Part shown: positions 27,101-42,100 of the stretch, in pieces
Layout of the letters: the number at the start of each line of letters is the position of its first letter
How positions within the stretch are numbered: the stretch's first letter is position 1
Origin: Antedon mediterranea
Taxonomy: Eukaryota; Animalia; Echinodermata
Direction: 5' to 3'
Length of the DNA: 64,000 nt
NCBI RefSeq assembly: GCF_964355755.1
Contig: NC_092675.1
Span: 23,470,912 to 23,534,911 of the forward strand
Translations under genes and position numbers: made by a program
Notes under the pieces: generated by a model
Databases searched by the model: none
Seen by the model: only the letters and a program-made list of their open reading frames with translations
What the model was told of the DNA's origin: nothing

Positions 27101-30100
27101 GCACATTAAAGACATTGGTTGGTAGAGATTACGCCCATCACAAATCACAAATAGAGCAATATAACAAGATGTATATTACATACCTGTACTGCTGCTGCAG
27201 CAACAGAATTTGCATCATTAAGTTGATTTGAAAGTAGGCTTAGATTTGCTGCCTGCTCACTCAGGTCAATAAGCTCCTGTAGTTGGGCTATTACATCATC
27301 AGTGCTTCCAATCACAACAGCAATTTCATCTAGGAGTCCCTGAGACAGTTTAGTCAAATTCTTTGCAGCTTCCAATACTTAATATAAAAAATCATAAAAG
27401 ATTTGAATAGGCTATTTTGTAGTTTTAATAAATAATTATAATAATATATATATTTCAACAAAAAAAACTCAAATGTTGTTCTCACTTACAAAAAGATTTG
27501 GATTTGTTTATATTGGATCCAAGAGTTGTATATAACGTTCAAGTTGTATATAAACATTCCCATGTATGTGTGGATGAATGCAGTAGGAAAAATGTGTGCA
27601 GTGTCACATAGATTTTACAATATGTAATATTTATAGAAAATAAATCTGCTCTGCTAACTTTGCAGAAACACAACTTACATTCTTCAGCTGTAGATTTTTC
27701 TTTATTGGCAAGTTCTTCAGAATTAGAAAAATTTCTCGTTTCTAAATTTGCCACAATGAGCCTAGCTTCATCAAGCCTCTTTTGCACATCATCAGTTCCT
27801 TCTTCAATCTGCTTTGCTTTTTGATTATCTATCAATTCTAAAAATGTATACGAATACAAAATTGTTATGAGTGAGTGAGTGGCCGAGCGGTTAAGATAGT
27901 GGAACCGTAATCACGTAGCCATAACATCAATGGTTCAAGGCTCACCGACTCCATGGTTCTGGTGGTAGAACGAGTCTTCTCGGATAAGGACTATAAACCG
28001 TAGGTCCAGTGTACACATCTAACTCGTGTGCACTTTAAAGAACCTAGTACATCTTTCGAGACGAGTAGGGGGTTACCCCGTGTACTAGTACATCACAGCC
28101 ACTGATCACCAACTGTGCCCTCTGGGAGACCAGTCTTTGACTGAAGAGGTTACCCAGTATAAATATATATTTCAATCAATCAATCATGAAATTAGGAAAA
28201 TGAGAACATTCGGATTAGATCCAGCAGCAGTTCAGCACACTGCGAGCTACCTACTCATTTTGAATAATGTACCAATTGAACAATGTACACAGACTAACCT
28301 TTTACATCAAATCTAAAGGATAAGGCAATGAGAGTAAAGCATCTTGCCTAAGGATGCAATCAGTATGGAACCCATACCTATCACATGCTAGTCCGATATT
28401 ATCATTACACCATCAATCTTCGCTATAGACAGCACCAGACGCGATATTCCCAAACAGTCTCTAGAACGCAACTTGGCCCAACATTGCTTAACTTTGTTGA
28501 TGAGTTTCAACGCAGTATGCCTGTTAAGTTCAATTCATATGCCAGTAAAACACTAACCTGTAAGGGATTGGTAGGTATCATTTATAAACTTTTCTATTTC
28601 CACTGCATCTGCTAAAGTCTCTGCAGCTCCAATATTACCTTTAGCAGCAGCTTTCACTTTTGCTAGAGACTTTAAAAAAAAGTCCAACAATGTCATTAAT
28701 TTATTATTATAATAATTTATTGAAGAAAGTCGGGCAAAGCGCTTGGTTGATTGAATCTTGGAAAAAAGTTCTGAGTACACACGGCAACCATTGTGTAACA
28801 AAGATTACATTTGTTAACATAGTTTACTAGCATTACTCATCAGTCTGATGCATAGATTATTTGCAAAATAAAATTCTGAAATGCAATAATTGAAAAGCTT
28901 GACTTACATCCTGATCAATTTTGTCTGCATTTTCTGTTACATTATCTAAAAGTTGGTAGACTGGAGCTAAGCTAGTTGAAATAATAGTTGAAGCAATCCC
29001 TGCATCAGCCACACCAGGCTAAAAGAAATGAACCGAACATTATAATTAATTCAGAACTAAGTTTTATGACAATAAGACTACTATAAATATATTGTACAGG
29101 TTAGTTGCTGGTTGATCCTCCCCAACTACTCATTTACAACTGAGTGAACTGGGAGTTACAAAATTGAGACAGAATCTTTCGATAATAAAGTATACGTGTC
29201 AGAACCACACAGATACCACAAATACTCTCAACACTCATACTCGATTGGTAATATATTACACTGGTACACTACAACAGCCAATTTATTGTTTTTAATTATA
29301 AAATATATGTTTATATTCAATACTTTTTCTCACTAGGAACACTAGGCTTAAAATTGTGCCGCAATACCTTTAGTTCATTGTACAATGTATCATTGAGTTT
29401 ATCGATTGTTGCAAAGGCTTCTAGTCCAATAGAAACAGCTCCTGGTTTTGTGTTATTAACTTGAAACAACATAACATCCAACACATCTAATAGCGTGTGA
29501 ACACAACTATCACATGGCAAGCAACCTTGAGGTGTGAATACAAATCGTGCTTCACAACGATCACATCGTTTGCCAGTGGCTCCTGGTGGACAGATACACT
29601 TGCCTGAATCGGTTTCACATTCCAATAGTTCAGGACAGTTACATTCTGGAAAGCAAGTTTATTTTAATTATTCATTTTCACCTGCAAATTATATTAAGGG
29701 ATCCCTACAAAATCACCTTCTCCTCTAAAGGGGCTCATTTGTGAGATGAACTAGTACACATGGATAACCCCTACTCTTCCAAAAGATAAACCAGATTTGT
29801 ATACAAGAATTCCAGTTTTAATTCCTTTGAGACTTGGTTCTACCACCAGAAAAGTGGTCGAGGAGTGGCCTGATCATGTGCCAATTGTATCTTAAGGTTT
29901 GCGACACCTCTGCCGTAACTGCCACTTAATTAAGCGATTCCAGAAATGATTTGTTACTTACTTGTACAACCTGATGGACCGTAATCCCAGTAACCTCTTT
30001 GACACCTGTCACACTTATGACCTTCCACCCCAGGCATGCAAATACATGAGCCATCAGTTTGTAGGCACTGTTCGGTCACTGAACCATCTCCACATAAACA

Positions 30101-33100
30101 GGTTTCACAACCAGTGCACGAATCATAATTCCAGGTGTTGGGCTATGGAAAAAATTATTTGTTTGACATAAAATATTACATTACATATGTTATAGTTTGT
30201 TTCTTTTCATTTGATCGCTCTTGGTATTTTCTATAACAAGAAAATGAGAAAATTAACTAGAACATCTGGATAACTGACTCTCGTCCAGACAGCAATGATA
30301 CACTTACCCTACACTGGTCACATGTGTCTCCAATCACATTTCTTTTGCAATTACAGAAACCATTTGTGTTATCACACTGTTCAGTTCCACAGGTGTTGCA
30401 ATTACAACCTGATTTTATAATAAAAAATAAGTTTTAATGTATGAAAATATTATTCTAACAATTTGATGGAAAAGAGACCAAATACATATATCATCATAAT
30501 TTGAAAAAAAACACAGTGGGATGATTATATTTACATTTCACATTTCAATTAACGATTTCCAACTTCCAAATATTTGTGACATAAAACTTTTAAATCCAAC
30601 TACATTACTGGTTGTTACCTTTCCATGAGGCAGTTAAAACAAGAATTAAGAATAATAGTAATACTAACGTGAACAGTTCTTCTTTACAACTGCATCTCCA
30701 AAATAACCATTACCACACTGCTCACAGCTGTATCCATCATATCCTTCTAGACAAAGAAGACAAGCTCCAGTTGAACCACTGCATACATTACCAACAGCAT
30801 TCGGATCTAAGTTACCATTGCAAAAACATGGTTCACAATAACCACCCAACTCATCAGGGTTTCCGTAATATCCATTTTCACACCTACAAATTGAATAGTA
30901 ACAGACAATCTAAGAGTTAATATAATACATTTTTTTTAAGGCGTTAATAATTCTTATCAACTTAAAAACACCCACACCTTATGCTACTACCTGGATAATA
31001 TTTATAATCATTTATCTTAATATTTTTTCTATAGTATATATTATACAGATATTACAGTCAATATCACCGTACTCGGGGAAATATACGATTTACGATCCTC
31101 GCAGCAGTAGTCATGTGATGCAGTTTCAAACTATCGCGTTCACGTATTTACATAGGCTATGTAATATAAGTAGCAAATCACTACAGAATGCTATCTGTGC
31201 GGCAAACTGGATGAATACTTACACGCTGCAGTTTTCGGTTGTATATCCAAGTGTACAGTCGCAGTTGAAATTGGAATTAAATGCATCTGGGGGCTGACAA
31301 GTTGTTGCAAACCTAAAAGAAACGGAAATAATTTAAAAACCAAATACAGTTTCTATGCTAAGGAAAATAGCTTTCTACTCCCAAAGGAATGTTGTTTGAG
31401 ACACTGTGAGCACTCAAGAAGCCAAAAATCTGAAGTTTGCAGACAGTACAAGAAAAATGTATTTGTTTGCCATCAAAAAGTAAGAGAGACGCCAGTGTCT
31501 ACTCCACCAAAAAAAAAAAAAAAGAACTCGCAAGTTTCTTGGATATTCAATATTTCTTCTACGCAAAATGTAAACTTAGACATGCATTTTTAAGTACGCA
31601 GAGAAAGAGTTGTTACATACGTGCTACCAACAACAGCAAATGGACATGGGCATATCTGACAATCTGATTCGGTTCCATATCTTGGATCTCCATAAAAACC
31701 AGTACTACATTTGTCACAATGATCACCTTCTGTGTTGTGGTCACATGACTGAAAAGGATATAAAAAAGAACAAGATATGTAAAGCTATTTGCATTCATTG
31801 CCTTTAATTTTATAAATTCAAGTCTTTAAATTGAAGTCTAGAATTATTCAGCAAAGCGGTTGCAGCATTGAGGCATTTTGAACCATACTTTATTTCCTTT
31901 TGGAAACACATTTCGCAAACTGAACTGAACTAAATGTTATTTACCATTGAAATCTTTCAAAAAACTCAACACAAGTTCCTCTTTGTTGGTTGCCATACAT
32001 TTATACATCAATAATTTGTAAACTGTGTGGCACATGACTTTATTATTCTTCTATGTAATGCAAAATTAATCATGAAAATTTGCCAAAAAAACTCACCAAA
32101 CATCGACCATCAAATGGATCACATGAGATTGCATGATTGTTACATTGACATGGTACACAGGCTCCACTGCTTAATTTATAGTAGCCTTCAGAACAGTCCT
32201 GTCAAATAAAATCAATAACATTTATTTCATGTAACTTCTATTTCAGAGGAATATCTCACTTTCCCAATTAGAATATCAATTGTGTAGATTTCAAATATGA
32301 ACAAGATTTTTATAAATGTGCACAACTATTTTTGTTAGCAGAATACAACATTTAAGGCATAACAATACACTGGGGTAGGTTGCAAGTAACTGGCTTTAAA
32401 TATGACATTTCCAAATAATATTTCTACAGTATTGCAAACCTACCTGACATGAAAGACCTTCGTACCCTACAGGGCAATTACAGAATTCAACACTATACTC
32501 TGGAACGCCATCAAAATCCTTAACAGTAGTATCCATGGAAACATCACTTAAGCTGATGGAAACAAATGTAAAAATTTGTTATAAAAACATGTGTGATACT
32601 AGAGAGTGCACTCGCTTACCCTCTAGTAAATGCAGACGATTGTACTCTAAATTATAATGCCTCGGGAAAACTTGAGCCTAACATGAAGGAAGGCAGTAGG
32701 ACATTTCAGCCAAGTCTGCTACCAAATAATTATTATTGATCGTCGATGGAGGTTGTACTGTCTTAGTAGTTAGCATATGGATGGAATTATGGATGGAATT
32801 GTTTACAATTTATACTGCATAATTACCTTGCATATATTACTCTGTCAAAATACTGTGCTTGGATCTGAAGAGAGCTAATATCGGCCAATACAGTCATTAA
32901 TGTTTGTCGTGAAACTGTGGCACCACTAAATGCTCGGAAACTTGTCTAAATGTAGGAGAAACAATAATGGATAAATAAGGAAACAAATTTACACATGTGC
33001 TAAAGTTGTTGGATTAATAACAAGGCCAACAGCCATAAGTCGCGTGCTAAAACGCATAGTGATACTGGACCGACAGACAGACCGACAGACAGACCAACAG

Positions 33101-36100
33101 ACCGACATAGCGACTAAAAATATGGATTACAATAAATAATGGTTACTAAATATACATGTCACACATATACAAGTGTGAAGGGTGGTTATAAAATACTATA
33201 TTTGAATCTCTTTTCCCCCACCCCCACCATTTTGGAAATCATCATAAAGAATTGAATTGCACCATTTTCATGGAACAGATCCGATTGTGAATGTAGCTTT
33301 ACAATGGAAATTTCACTGGACTAATTTTTTTTTGCTATAAAGTATACGCCATAAAAGTATTCTTACCTCAAGTAAATCAACTTCAACAAGCTCTCCTGTT
33401 TCAACTGGTCTCTGTATGTTGTTATACATCAAGTTAAGTCCATTTCCCTAAAACATTTTTAATAGAGAAAAGAGTTGCACAGTCATATTATGATAATGCT
33501 GTAACAAGTTATTTGGCAGAATCTCCAGTCTGGTGTTCATTCTTCTTAGCCCAAGGCCCAAGACGCTTGCATCAAGTTGGAAACATTTTTAATAGTAATA
33601 AATGCATATTTATTATGCAAAAAGTGTACAAATAATCAGACACTCGTGATGTATCCTATAACAGTCCAATTTAGATGTGCATTTGCAACCTAACAAAAAC
33701 CGCTTTTAATGAACAAAATTGACTGAACATTCTATATTACCTAATATAATTTTGACATTAGATTAACCAAAAGTAAACTCACAGACAAGATAACATCTGC
33801 TCGTATCAATTGCAAAGCGGGTTGTGCGCCAGAAGCATCACCTCGTACAGCCTCTATGCTATTTTCGACACGATAGCGAAGTTTACCGCCATAAGAACCA
33901 ATCTACAAAATGTAAATGAAAATAGCTATGAAAAACAATTGTATGTTATTCATAAGTGTTCAACATTGCTTAACAATGACCTAAATGTCTATGTAACCAA
34001 ATTGCACTCTTGATGATTTAAGAGTTTATTTGAGCATTTTATTTTGCAGCCTAAAATATGTTTCCTCTGACCAAGTTGCGACCCGTCCACACTTCCGACA
34101 TAGGTTACTGAAGAACATATAAAAAGAAATTGAAATATGATGTTATGATGGAACCCTGTGGCTTAATTAAGGACCGAAGAATACTTAATTATAGCTCAAT
34201 TAAAAAATAGCTGAAAAAAATCAATTGACATACCTTATCTCCTAAATATTCACTGGGAGCAACCCAGTAAACTGTGGATTGAGGGTTGATGCTACTTCCT
34301 TCAATGTAGACATTAATTTGGTTACCTGCTAAACTAATTTGAGGATCTCTAATGTTGGTCACATTCCAACCTTCCATTGTGTTGACCTACAATTTAAAAT
34401 ACAAGGTAATAAATTTAAAATTGTAATGAGATAGAAGCAAATACAAAGGATTAAAAATATCAGACTTTTATTTTCTCCACATTTTTTCCTCCCAAAATTC
34501 ATTGCTCAAACAGGATGTTAAAACATAATAATGGATTACTATACAGTTATAAAGTTAATGACTCTGTTGTCTACTAAACTGTTTTTCCCCCAAAGGACCA
34601 TAATCAAATGAGCATAATAAATAATATAAAGGCACACAAATAGAGTTCCAGCTCATAACGGATAACACAAAATGCATTTCTTAGATTCTGAAAAATAACT
34701 GGTTTTTAATTTTTACTTAGGAATGAAATATATGATGTCAAGTAGACTTGATACTCACTTGACCCCTGCTGACAGGTGCAATAGCACAGTCTGTTGTGAC
34801 TCCGAAGCAGAAGCAAGATGTACAACCTTTTGGGTTACGGTCTTCAAGCGAGAAGGTACCAGACTTACACCGATTGCAATAATCTCCTTCAACATTTTCC
34901 TACAACAAAATAAGGTTATTCAGATGGGCACTTTTCTTCACATACAGTAAATTATATATGTCATAATACAATTATAGTAACTAAAAACTCCACAGAAGCC
35001 ATCCGGAGATAATTCTTTATTTTTGTTATAAAACAGTGTACAAATGTGCACTGTATGTATATGGACCAACCATTTTACTGCTCATCTGAAGGACGAGGTA
35101 ATGAGACAGCATGTAAAGATACAATACAGCACAAATGGGCTTGAACCCACCTTTTACACGATTCCTTACCATATGCCATAATATCACATCATCATATTAT
35201 TTATTTCGCCAAATTTCAAATACAGTACAAGGACATAAAAACAGTACAAAAGTAAATCAATGAGGCAGGATCAACTAAAGGTTATTAATAAAAATACCCG
35301 TAGAGAGGCTTTCCACATAAAAATACTTACATAAAATTAGATTTAACGCTAAAATATCTATCTAATATTACCACAATTAGGAAATATGCACTTTCTTTAG
35401 TTAAAAATAATAATTATAGACGATATACCTTGCACAAACATTCAGCATTTGTTTGGTTACATATACCAGGTAGAGTTCCCGACAAATCACAGTTACAATC
35501 ACTACAGAATGGATATGAATGGAAACCAGGGTTACAAGCTTCACACCGACGACCCGCTACATCTGCTTGGCAACGGCACTGTCCTGTGTTGGCATCACAG
35601 CCTAGATCGCTACCAATAGTGCCTCTTTCATCACAATCACATGGCTACAAAAATGATTATTTCATAAAATAGAAATTGTATGTGGTTCCTCTTTAAAAAA
35701 CTAATTCCTTAAAGGGTTCCTTGTTTAACATCTTCATTATTTATTATCGGTCAAACAAACCCATAGACTGGTGACATGAGTAGAGTTTTCTTACCATCGT
35801 ACCATTTCTCAATTGAGATAGCGAAAGATCTGTAATGTACAAAGACTGAAGAGATAAACAAGACTTAACTCAAGTCACTTAATTAAATGACTTACTACAC
35901 ATCCAGCAATAGGGTCATATCCATAATGATCATCAAGACATCTGTCACAGTACTCTCCAGATACATTTGGTGGACACGTGCATTGACCAGTTTCTTCATT
36001 ACATACTCCAGACAAGCATCTACATTCTGTAAAGACAAGTGGTTATTTTTGTATATGTGTAGGGTTATTACACATGTATAAAAACTTATATACAGTATGT

Positions 36101-39100
36101 CTTAATGAAACTAAGCAAGACTGTTTAAAGCACCTGGTTGATACTAACATCTCTCGACCAGTGCCCATTTTTATGAGAGGAAAGGCATGAGCAAATACTG
36201 GATGCAGGGGTTGCTATAAGAGTCAGTAGTGTTGATTTAAAATGCCTGATGGGACCCCAGCTTCATATATACAGCACCTGATATTCCCAGATGGTCTCCC
36301 GTCCAAGCTCTAACCGGGCCCAACATTGCTCAACTTTGGTGATCTGACAAGGACCGGTGTTTCAACATGGCAGAGCCGTACATTCAGAAGCAAAAAATCA
36401 TAATAGTGCTTTCACTATCTATTTCAGTAGTGCTGTACAAATTCAGTATAGTAGTACTTCACTGAAAAGAACCTGTATTTAATGAAACAATTTCTAATGA
36501 ATACCTCTACATAATGGAAATCCATAAAATCCAATCATACACCTTTCGCATCGACGACCTGTGACATGGTCACGACATGGACACTGACCACCAAGTTCTT
36601 CACAATAATAGTTGAGTGAACCATCAATATTACAGTCACATGATAATGCTCCATTGTTGTAGTCGGTTGTAAGCGAGAAGACCGAGTCACGGCAAAATCC
36701 AGTTGTTGAAGGGCTAAACAAAAATAATTAAACCAACAAACTATTCAGTTCCTGTCGATTCAATCACTACTGTACTATGAAAAAGCAGGACCATAGAATT
36801 AAGGATTTTGCTTACCTAATGTAAAAGTTTTGGCTGCCACACTCTATGATAAAGTCACCGGTTCGATCTTGTGGACTGGCTTTCAGGAGCGCCTCACTGT
36901 ATCTATCTTCTGGTATTGCAAGGATGTAATCCTTAACAAAGAGAGTGAGAAATGTACTTTCTTAAGCTTATGGATTGCCAATACTGTTTTATGCTAAATG
37001 GCAGGCATAAAACTGAGTGGTGAAGCATCTAAAGTAGGTCATGCAGTTGTCACAATATAGGGGTGGGTGAGAGCTTAGGATAGAAGCAGAGGATAGGGCG
37101 GAGAATAGGACGGAGGATAGGGGGAGGGGATGTGGCACATACTGTACCTTCTATACAACAGACATGTTTTGTACAGTCATTGATCCGATTTAAATAAGTT
37201 AAGACAAGTAGTTAAGAGAGTGAGAGCAATCATTCCTATTGAAGATGTAGAATTTCCTGGGGACAATCATAAATTAATAATACCAATACTAAAATTACTT
37301 ACAATCCAAAGTGTACGTTTGTCTCCATTCGGTAATGTAATGAGAATGTCACTGCCTACACCATTCATTTCAAATGTGGTGCCTCCAGCTGCATTGGAGA
37401 CTACAGTACGACAACCAGAAGTATGAGGGCAGTATTTGGCTTCAAAAGAACCTGTCAAAAAAATGTTTATATCATATTATTGTTTCATGTTTAAAAAATA
37501 ATAGGAATGAATATATTACATTTTAGCTCAATGCTACACATGGCATTCTATATAATTGAACATAAATAATGATACCAAAGAAATGTTTTTTTCCTCATTT
37601 TGTTTATAAAAGCACAGAAGAAACTACAAGTTCTACAAAGTTTAGCATGTTTCTCAAAACGCTACCCACCTGAAGATTCTACTTCACCAAGAAGATCAAA
37701 GAACACTTCATACGATGAGGTCAACGGTTGATAATAATGCACCACAAACACCCATCTTCCCACGCCTGGATTTCCATCTAATATTGTTAACTCCATCTGA
37801 AAAAAAAATATCTTATTTGAAAGAGCTTTCTTATACAAACAAGGCATATGGTGGGTTGGTTAAGGATGTATTGACCTCCAAAAGAGGAAAAATAAAGTCA
37901 ATAATATTCTAACTTTGAATAGTCCATTTATAGTTTTATTTATCTTTTATAATAGTTTAATAAAAAATGATTTTGCTTCATTGTCTGACAGATGGGCTTT
38001 CATTTAACTAAATTTTCCTTTAAATTACGATGCATTGGTAAATAATTCCGTTTTTGAATAATATTAAATAATGATTATCATAAAAAACAATAACAATAAA
38101 ATATAGTCCACCTGAAACATATCTTAAATTAAAATTAACTTCTACAAACACATATGAATGGCTGCAGCATGTGGATCTGGAATGTGGTCTAGAAAGGATT
38201 TAATTGATGTTATTATACTATTATACTAATAAAGTGAACCATAATTACCCTTCCTGCATCCGTATCCATATAATAGAGAACATTCCTGTCACTGGCCATG
38301 GTAGGCAGGGGAAATTGTTCATCTTTCTCTTCTGGTCTCTCAGCTTCCTTTCGAACGGCTGGAACAGGAATTACATAGCTGGATCCTAGACAGCTAGAAA
38401 GCAAAAAACATCTCAATAAATACACCACTCTGATCGTTGCTACAACACACAATCAACTGCTGCAAAGCAGGAATGTATACAGTGTGTGTATAAGTTCATC
38501 ATTTGTCATTATTTTAGATCTAAAGCTCTGTTTACACTACCAAAATAGCTTTACAAAAACAAGTTTATATATGGTAGTGATACGACATCATCCTGTCCAT
38601 GGGCACATCACATAGCAGGAATGTATACAGTGTGTGTGTATAAGTTCATCATCAATTTATATGCCATTATTTAAGATCTAAAGCTCTAAAGCTCTAAAGC
38701 AAAATAACTTTACAAATAAATTTATATATGGTAGTGATACGACATCATGTCCATGGGCACATCACATTTGATAGTGTAGACAGAGCTTTAGTTACTGTCA
38801 TTGTACATAGATTGTCACGGCAAGAAAGGTTGTTTAATATTGTTTGTATTGGCAAGTCTATTTCTTTAAAATGTGAATTAGCATTGATATAAAAGTGATT
38901 GTTGATTTTGGATAACATGGATAATGAGGTTGATATATGAGGTTCAGGGCGAAAAGATTTTCTGTTACATTTCGTATAGATTTACTGTACATTTAACTAA
39001 TGGTTAATTGTGAATAAGAGCGTGTACATTTCAGCATGCAGGTGACGACCTAACTAGTTTGAAAATAAATTCCTCATTTCTTTCTTACTTTTTGTTCACA

Positions 39101-42100
39101 TCTCTGACACACATTAATGTTGGTGTGACAAACTCCATACTCCACTTCTCAGCAGGTACAGCAACAATGGAGCTCTGTAATATAAAGTTAAATTACTAAT
39201 TGCTACAAAAATGCGAGTGGTAAGCTGAAGTTTCTTATAGTTTAAGAATAAATATGGGAAAACATGGGATATGCCACCACATTATACTTACAAGAGCAAA
39301 TACAAAATTCTGGCCATATTCTGAAATCTGAGCCCTGAAAATAGTTGTTGTTACATCAAAGATCATCACACGGTTTTGAGAGTCCATTATAACTGCTCGA
39401 CACCTAACATAAAAATAAGATATGTCTTTAAAAATATAAAAAAGGGAAACTGTTTATCTTCTACCAAACAAAATTAATGTTGAATTTGGATGTTACACTA
39501 CATGCTTCTCTCCGTCACGTTATGTCGTACAGTGTGAACACTAGCACAATGGGGAACACTCTACTCGTCTCGAAAGATGTACTAGTGCACAAAAATATTC
39601 TGTGTACGCTGGACCTATGGTGCATAGGCCTCATCAGATAAGACTCGTTCTACCACTAGCACCATGGAGTAAGTGAGCCGGGTACCCTTGCCGATTTTGT
39701 GGCTAGCTACCATTCACCAACTCTGAAAGCTTAGCTTGCACAGTGTTATACACAACTTTTTGTTATGCTTCTCTAGGGAAAAGAAGAAACTTACATAAAG
39801 TTGCAGTTATAGACAACAAAGTAACCAGTCTGCTCAATACCATCTATTGATACATTGAATTTGCCATTGTAAGCACCAGGACCACCACCGTAATATTCAA
39901 GCACAAACACATAGCTACCAACTTCTTCAATGGGAAATACCAAATTTAGGTATGGCTGAAACAAAAACATTAACATTGTTATGTCAAATATTCCACAATT
40001 AAAGAGCCTTAATAATCATGAATCAATTAAGCAAAGATATTTTGTGTTGCTCCTCATCAACATCCACAAAGTTAAAAACAAATTTCTTGTGTTCCAAGAA
40101 TTTTTAGACATAATATGGATGATCATGTAAAATTTAAATTTTTTAATATTAATTCAATGGAATAGAATGAAACGTACTACATTGGAAGAATACAAGAAGA
40201 CATTTTTGAAATTTTTTTGAAATTTGTTGTCAAGGTAAACCGAACAAACGTATAGGACCTACTTTACCAAATCTAGAGAGTGCACTTCTCAATAATAAAT
40301 ATATAGGCTCCTTTTGTTTGTTACAACATCTTCAATGGGCCCAACTAGAAACCTTGCAGATTACTTTAGTAGTACTATACGCTCCAAGTGTAATAGTAAT
40401 TTTAGCTTTGATACCCCTTTCACACCAAAACTCTGGAGTGTCTCCGGAGACACTCCGTTTACATAGCGCTATCATTAGAATCATTTTAATTAATAATATT
40501 TTTAATTGAATAATTACTTTCAAAAGTCTCAGAAGTAATATAATGTTTTATTGATGTTAAGGAAATTTTAAGTAGTTCCTTAACCCGCTATATATATTTT
40601 TTACAAATATTTATAGGGTTTTGCAATAAACTAAATAATTGATTGCGAGGATAACCTTTTGTCCCGAAACACTCCGGAGTTTGATGTTGGTACCTTTCAC
40701 ACAAAAACACCGGGGTGTCCCCGCAGTTCGCTCTCCAGAGAATGTTCAGCTGTTCAACCCCGCAGTTTTAAACACCGGAGTTGCTTGATTTTACCTTTCA
40801 CACCAAACAGCGGGGCGTCAACTCCGGAGTGTCTCCGGAGTTTTGCTTTTGGTGTGAAAGGGGTATTATACTGTAATAGTACCATAGTAGTACCATAGAG
40901 CTTATTTGCACACACATGAAATCATAGATGTCATTTTCTGTACCTGATCTGGGCTTAAGTAGGCCATTTCTGAGACACCAAGGTCCTCCAAGATTGTAAC
41001 ATCAGTAAAGAGGTTTGTACGAACATTATCACCATCATCATTTGTGTAGGAGCCAGCATGCCCAAGAAGAGTGTCAAATTGCTCCAAGCCAGGAAATGTA
41101 AAATAATTGCACCTATAATAACCATATCAAACTTACATATTAAATCTTTGCACTTAATAGCCATCATTATGTCATCTTCTTGCAATCTTAAATCCATGAC
41201 ATTATAATGGTAACGGGAAAAGTAGAATTGGAAAAATTTCACACTCGCCTGTCTAATTACAGTACACAATGCGAGAATATAGAACACTTCTGCATGTCAA
41301 CTAAGCATAGTTACTTTATTTAATGCCTGAATTTATTTAATACCTAAAAGGTGTGGTATAAATCAAATTATGAATGTTTTATATTCATGTAATGAAACAA
41401 AATATAAAAAAGATTTGCTTGAGGAACCTTTCTTGATCTTGCCCAGCTACACAGGGTTCAGTAATGTCAACATGAAGAGTTCTTGCTTCAAAATAAGCAG
41501 ATGGAAGCAAAACAAGATAATCCTGTCAAAATATATTATATCATTTTAAAATATATATAAATTTATCAGTAGGTTTGTCTTTGCAAATTGTCTTCCATTA
41601 ATTGCTACAAAATACATCTCAAGAAGAAAATCCGACAAAAGCATTTCAAACTTTACAAATGAAATTTAGACCAGAAATTCCTGTTAGTTTATTTTACTTT
41701 TACTAAATAGTCAAATGGGTTTCACTTTCTTATTCGTTATCAGACATACCAATAAAACACCTGACGGTGCCTCAATGACTGCAAGCCAGTGGTCTCGATT
41801 CAGTACGAATGGTGATATAAAAATATCACTTTGGACAGTCACAAGTTGTGGGCTAGCACCGGGCTTGAAAAGTACTGGGTACTCCTGAACATCGTCTAAA
41901 ACATGCAAGTAAATTTTTAATAAAATAAGTGCCAATATAATAACTACTTCCAAGTAGTAGCTTTGAGGAAGATAAGTACATGGTTTCAATTCTAGCCACC
42001 AGCACGATTCGAGTCAAGGATTTAATTAAGTAATTGGATTACTCTAATTACAGTACTTGTATCAACCTTCAATAATGAACTATACCAATGTTATAGTGGC

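Noticed and set aside
27878-27955. Functional tRNA gene
   Set aside because: A and B boxes are present, but there is no complete cloverleaf and it continues into a repeated SINE body.
36269-36382. Functional 5S rRNA gene
   Set aside because: Diverged stems, solitary intronic position, no T-run terminator.
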